Part shown: positions 52,290 to 53,894 of the stretch, piece by piece
Position numbering within the stretch: position 1 is the first letter of the stretch
How the letters are laid out: the number at the start of each line of letters is the position of its first letter
Source: Octopus bimaculoides
Taxonomy: Eukaryota
Length of the DNA: 53,894 nt
Assembly: GCF_001194135.2 (NCBI RefSeq)
Contig: NC_068986.1
Coordinates: 36,869,368 to 36,923,261 of the forward strand
Direction of reading: 5' to 3'
Translations under genes and position numbers: made by a program
Notes under the pieces: generated by a model
What the model was told of the DNA's origin: nothing
The model's database searches: none
The model's input: only the letters and a program-made list of their open reading frames with translations

Positions 52290-52760
52290 GCAGCGCATTT
52301 AAGACATCTGGTTCGCAGCCATGTAGTTTTGGATTCGTTAAGTGGTTTCAGCTATAGTACATGGTTGACCTGCACATTGTGAATGAATTTAATAAGTGGA
52401 AACTGCATAGAATATAGTCTGTATATACGTACTTGCATGTGTGTGTGTGTGTGTATGTGCATGTTTTTTGTGCTTGTCTTCTCATAGCTTGACAATTGGT
52501 GTTGGTTTGTTTACATCTCCATAACTTAGCGTTTCAGTAAAAAAAAAAAAAAGAGCGATAGATTAATTACATTACTTAAAAAGAAAAAGTACAACGGTGT
52601 TATTTTTTTTTCTTTTTCGTTTTCTTAGACTGATAAATTAATCAATCGGTCTTTTTTGCCGAAACGCTAAGTATAGAGGTGGTATTGTTCGACTAAACAT
52701 TTCAAGGCAATACCCCACCATGGTCCCACTCCAATGGCTGAAAAAGGCAAGTAAAAGCCT
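52290..52760 (+). mobile_element. SINE family A, old, with an internal inverted fragment
   Basis: AGCTTGACAATTGGTGTTGG, ATAACTTAGCGTTTCAG and tail CATTTCAAGGC..CCATGG..AAGTAAAAG. Confidence 0.65.
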
Positions 52761-52893
52761 AAACAAATAAATACTAAAGACAAAACTAAAAGTGGTTTGT
52801 ATTGTTGAAGGTTTCTCTGTAAACTGCTGAAGTATTAAAAGTAGAATTACAAAATAAACATATCAAATTAATATTATTAGCATTAAAAAAATT

Positions 52894-52928
52894 GTGAAGG
52901 CCTATGGCTCAGTGGTTAGAGCGTCAGG
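52894..52928 (+). mobile_element. Truncated family C SINE head
   Basis: GTGAAGGCCTATGGCTCAGTGGTTAGAGCGTC; stops before the B box. Confidence 0.65.
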
Positions 52929-52941
52929 CAGGGAGGGAATA

Positions 52942-52978
<37 letters not shown>

Positions 52979-53894
52979 CGTGAGAGAGTTAGGGGTTGGG
53001 GGTTCAACCCACTAAGGGATAGTATCTATCCAGTATACTGCTGGGAGGGTACCCAATTATTGCTACACTAGTGCTATACTAGGTGCAATCAATGGGAGCG
53101 GGTAAAAGTGGAGGTTTTACCCAAAATTTGTATAACAATTAGCTACGGTTGGATAGCCACTGGCCGGTCAAGATGCTAGCTTGCCTGCGCACATNNNNNN
53201 NNNNNNNNNNNNNNNNNNNNNNNNNNNNNNNNNNNNNNNNCTCACGCCCATCGTAGCTAAGCGTAGGCAGTTTAAAACAATAGTTGCCCAATTGGAAGGA
53301 GGGAAGTTAACGGTAGTAATTAACCCTCCCCCATTAGCAGCAGAATGGTAGAGCCGTTGAAGAAGCAACAGGATATCTTACACCGCTAAGTTTGAAAGTT
53401 TGGCATATTATTGTTGTTGTTGTTGTTGTTGTTATTTTTGTTGTTGTTGTGACAACTGTTATTGCTACTAGAACATTAATAACTTGTATAAAATGAACTT
53501 CTACATAGAACCTTCCAATATATATAGAAATGACACACACACACTCAGCAAAACTTACTTTCTAAAAAACACTTACAGCTTTCTAGATACGGCTAATAGC
53601 GCTGATGCCACAAACAACGTATGTGGTGGAATGTTTGCTTATAAAAACTTGTATATGCACACATGGGAGTAAGGGGACATCCGAGTAAGGCTGTGCACAC
53701 GAACCCACACATATATATATGCATTGGAGTGTCTATAGCTACCTATTTATAATGTTTGTAGGCTCTTTGTGTGCCTTGTATTTTTAAGAGGTTTTTTGAC
53801 ATATATCTTTTTTATATTTTTGCATGTCCCACATGCTATACCTTCATTTTTCATTTATGTATTCTTTATTATTTTTTTTTCCTGCTGTACCCTT

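Overview
AT-rich, microsatellite-saturated eukaryotic DNA from a gapped assembly (N runs at 9911-10397, 14431-14456, 20864-20873, 22220-22756, 32595-32604, 45200-45648, 47305-47472, 53195-53240). The repeat families suggest a coleoid cephalopod, probably Octopus; this is inference, not a database match. I find no intact protein-coding gene, rRNA, tRNA gene or CRISPR array. Most long ORFs in the track are microsatellite or gap artefacts. The window holds mostly decayed mobile DNA: four kinds of SINE-like repeat (labelled A-D here), Tc1/mariner/maT and hAT DNA-transposon relics and MITEs, LINE relics (CR1/L2 group, RTE, R2/R4/NeSL group) and Penelope-like element (PLE) pieces. I cannot support a new protein-based system. 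The best leads are structural. (1) A 238-bp inverted repeat with a single mismatch at 41845-42464, inside a cluster of fold-back/template-switch scars. (2) A GIY-YIG PLE with a 5' inversion laid out as twin priming predicts. (3) A hammerhead-ribozyme-shaped motif with a mutated core at 40005-40040. (4) A SINE nested in another SINE with an 11-bp TSD, next to a local templated duplication. All family assignments were made by eye, and boundaries of decayed copies are approximate.
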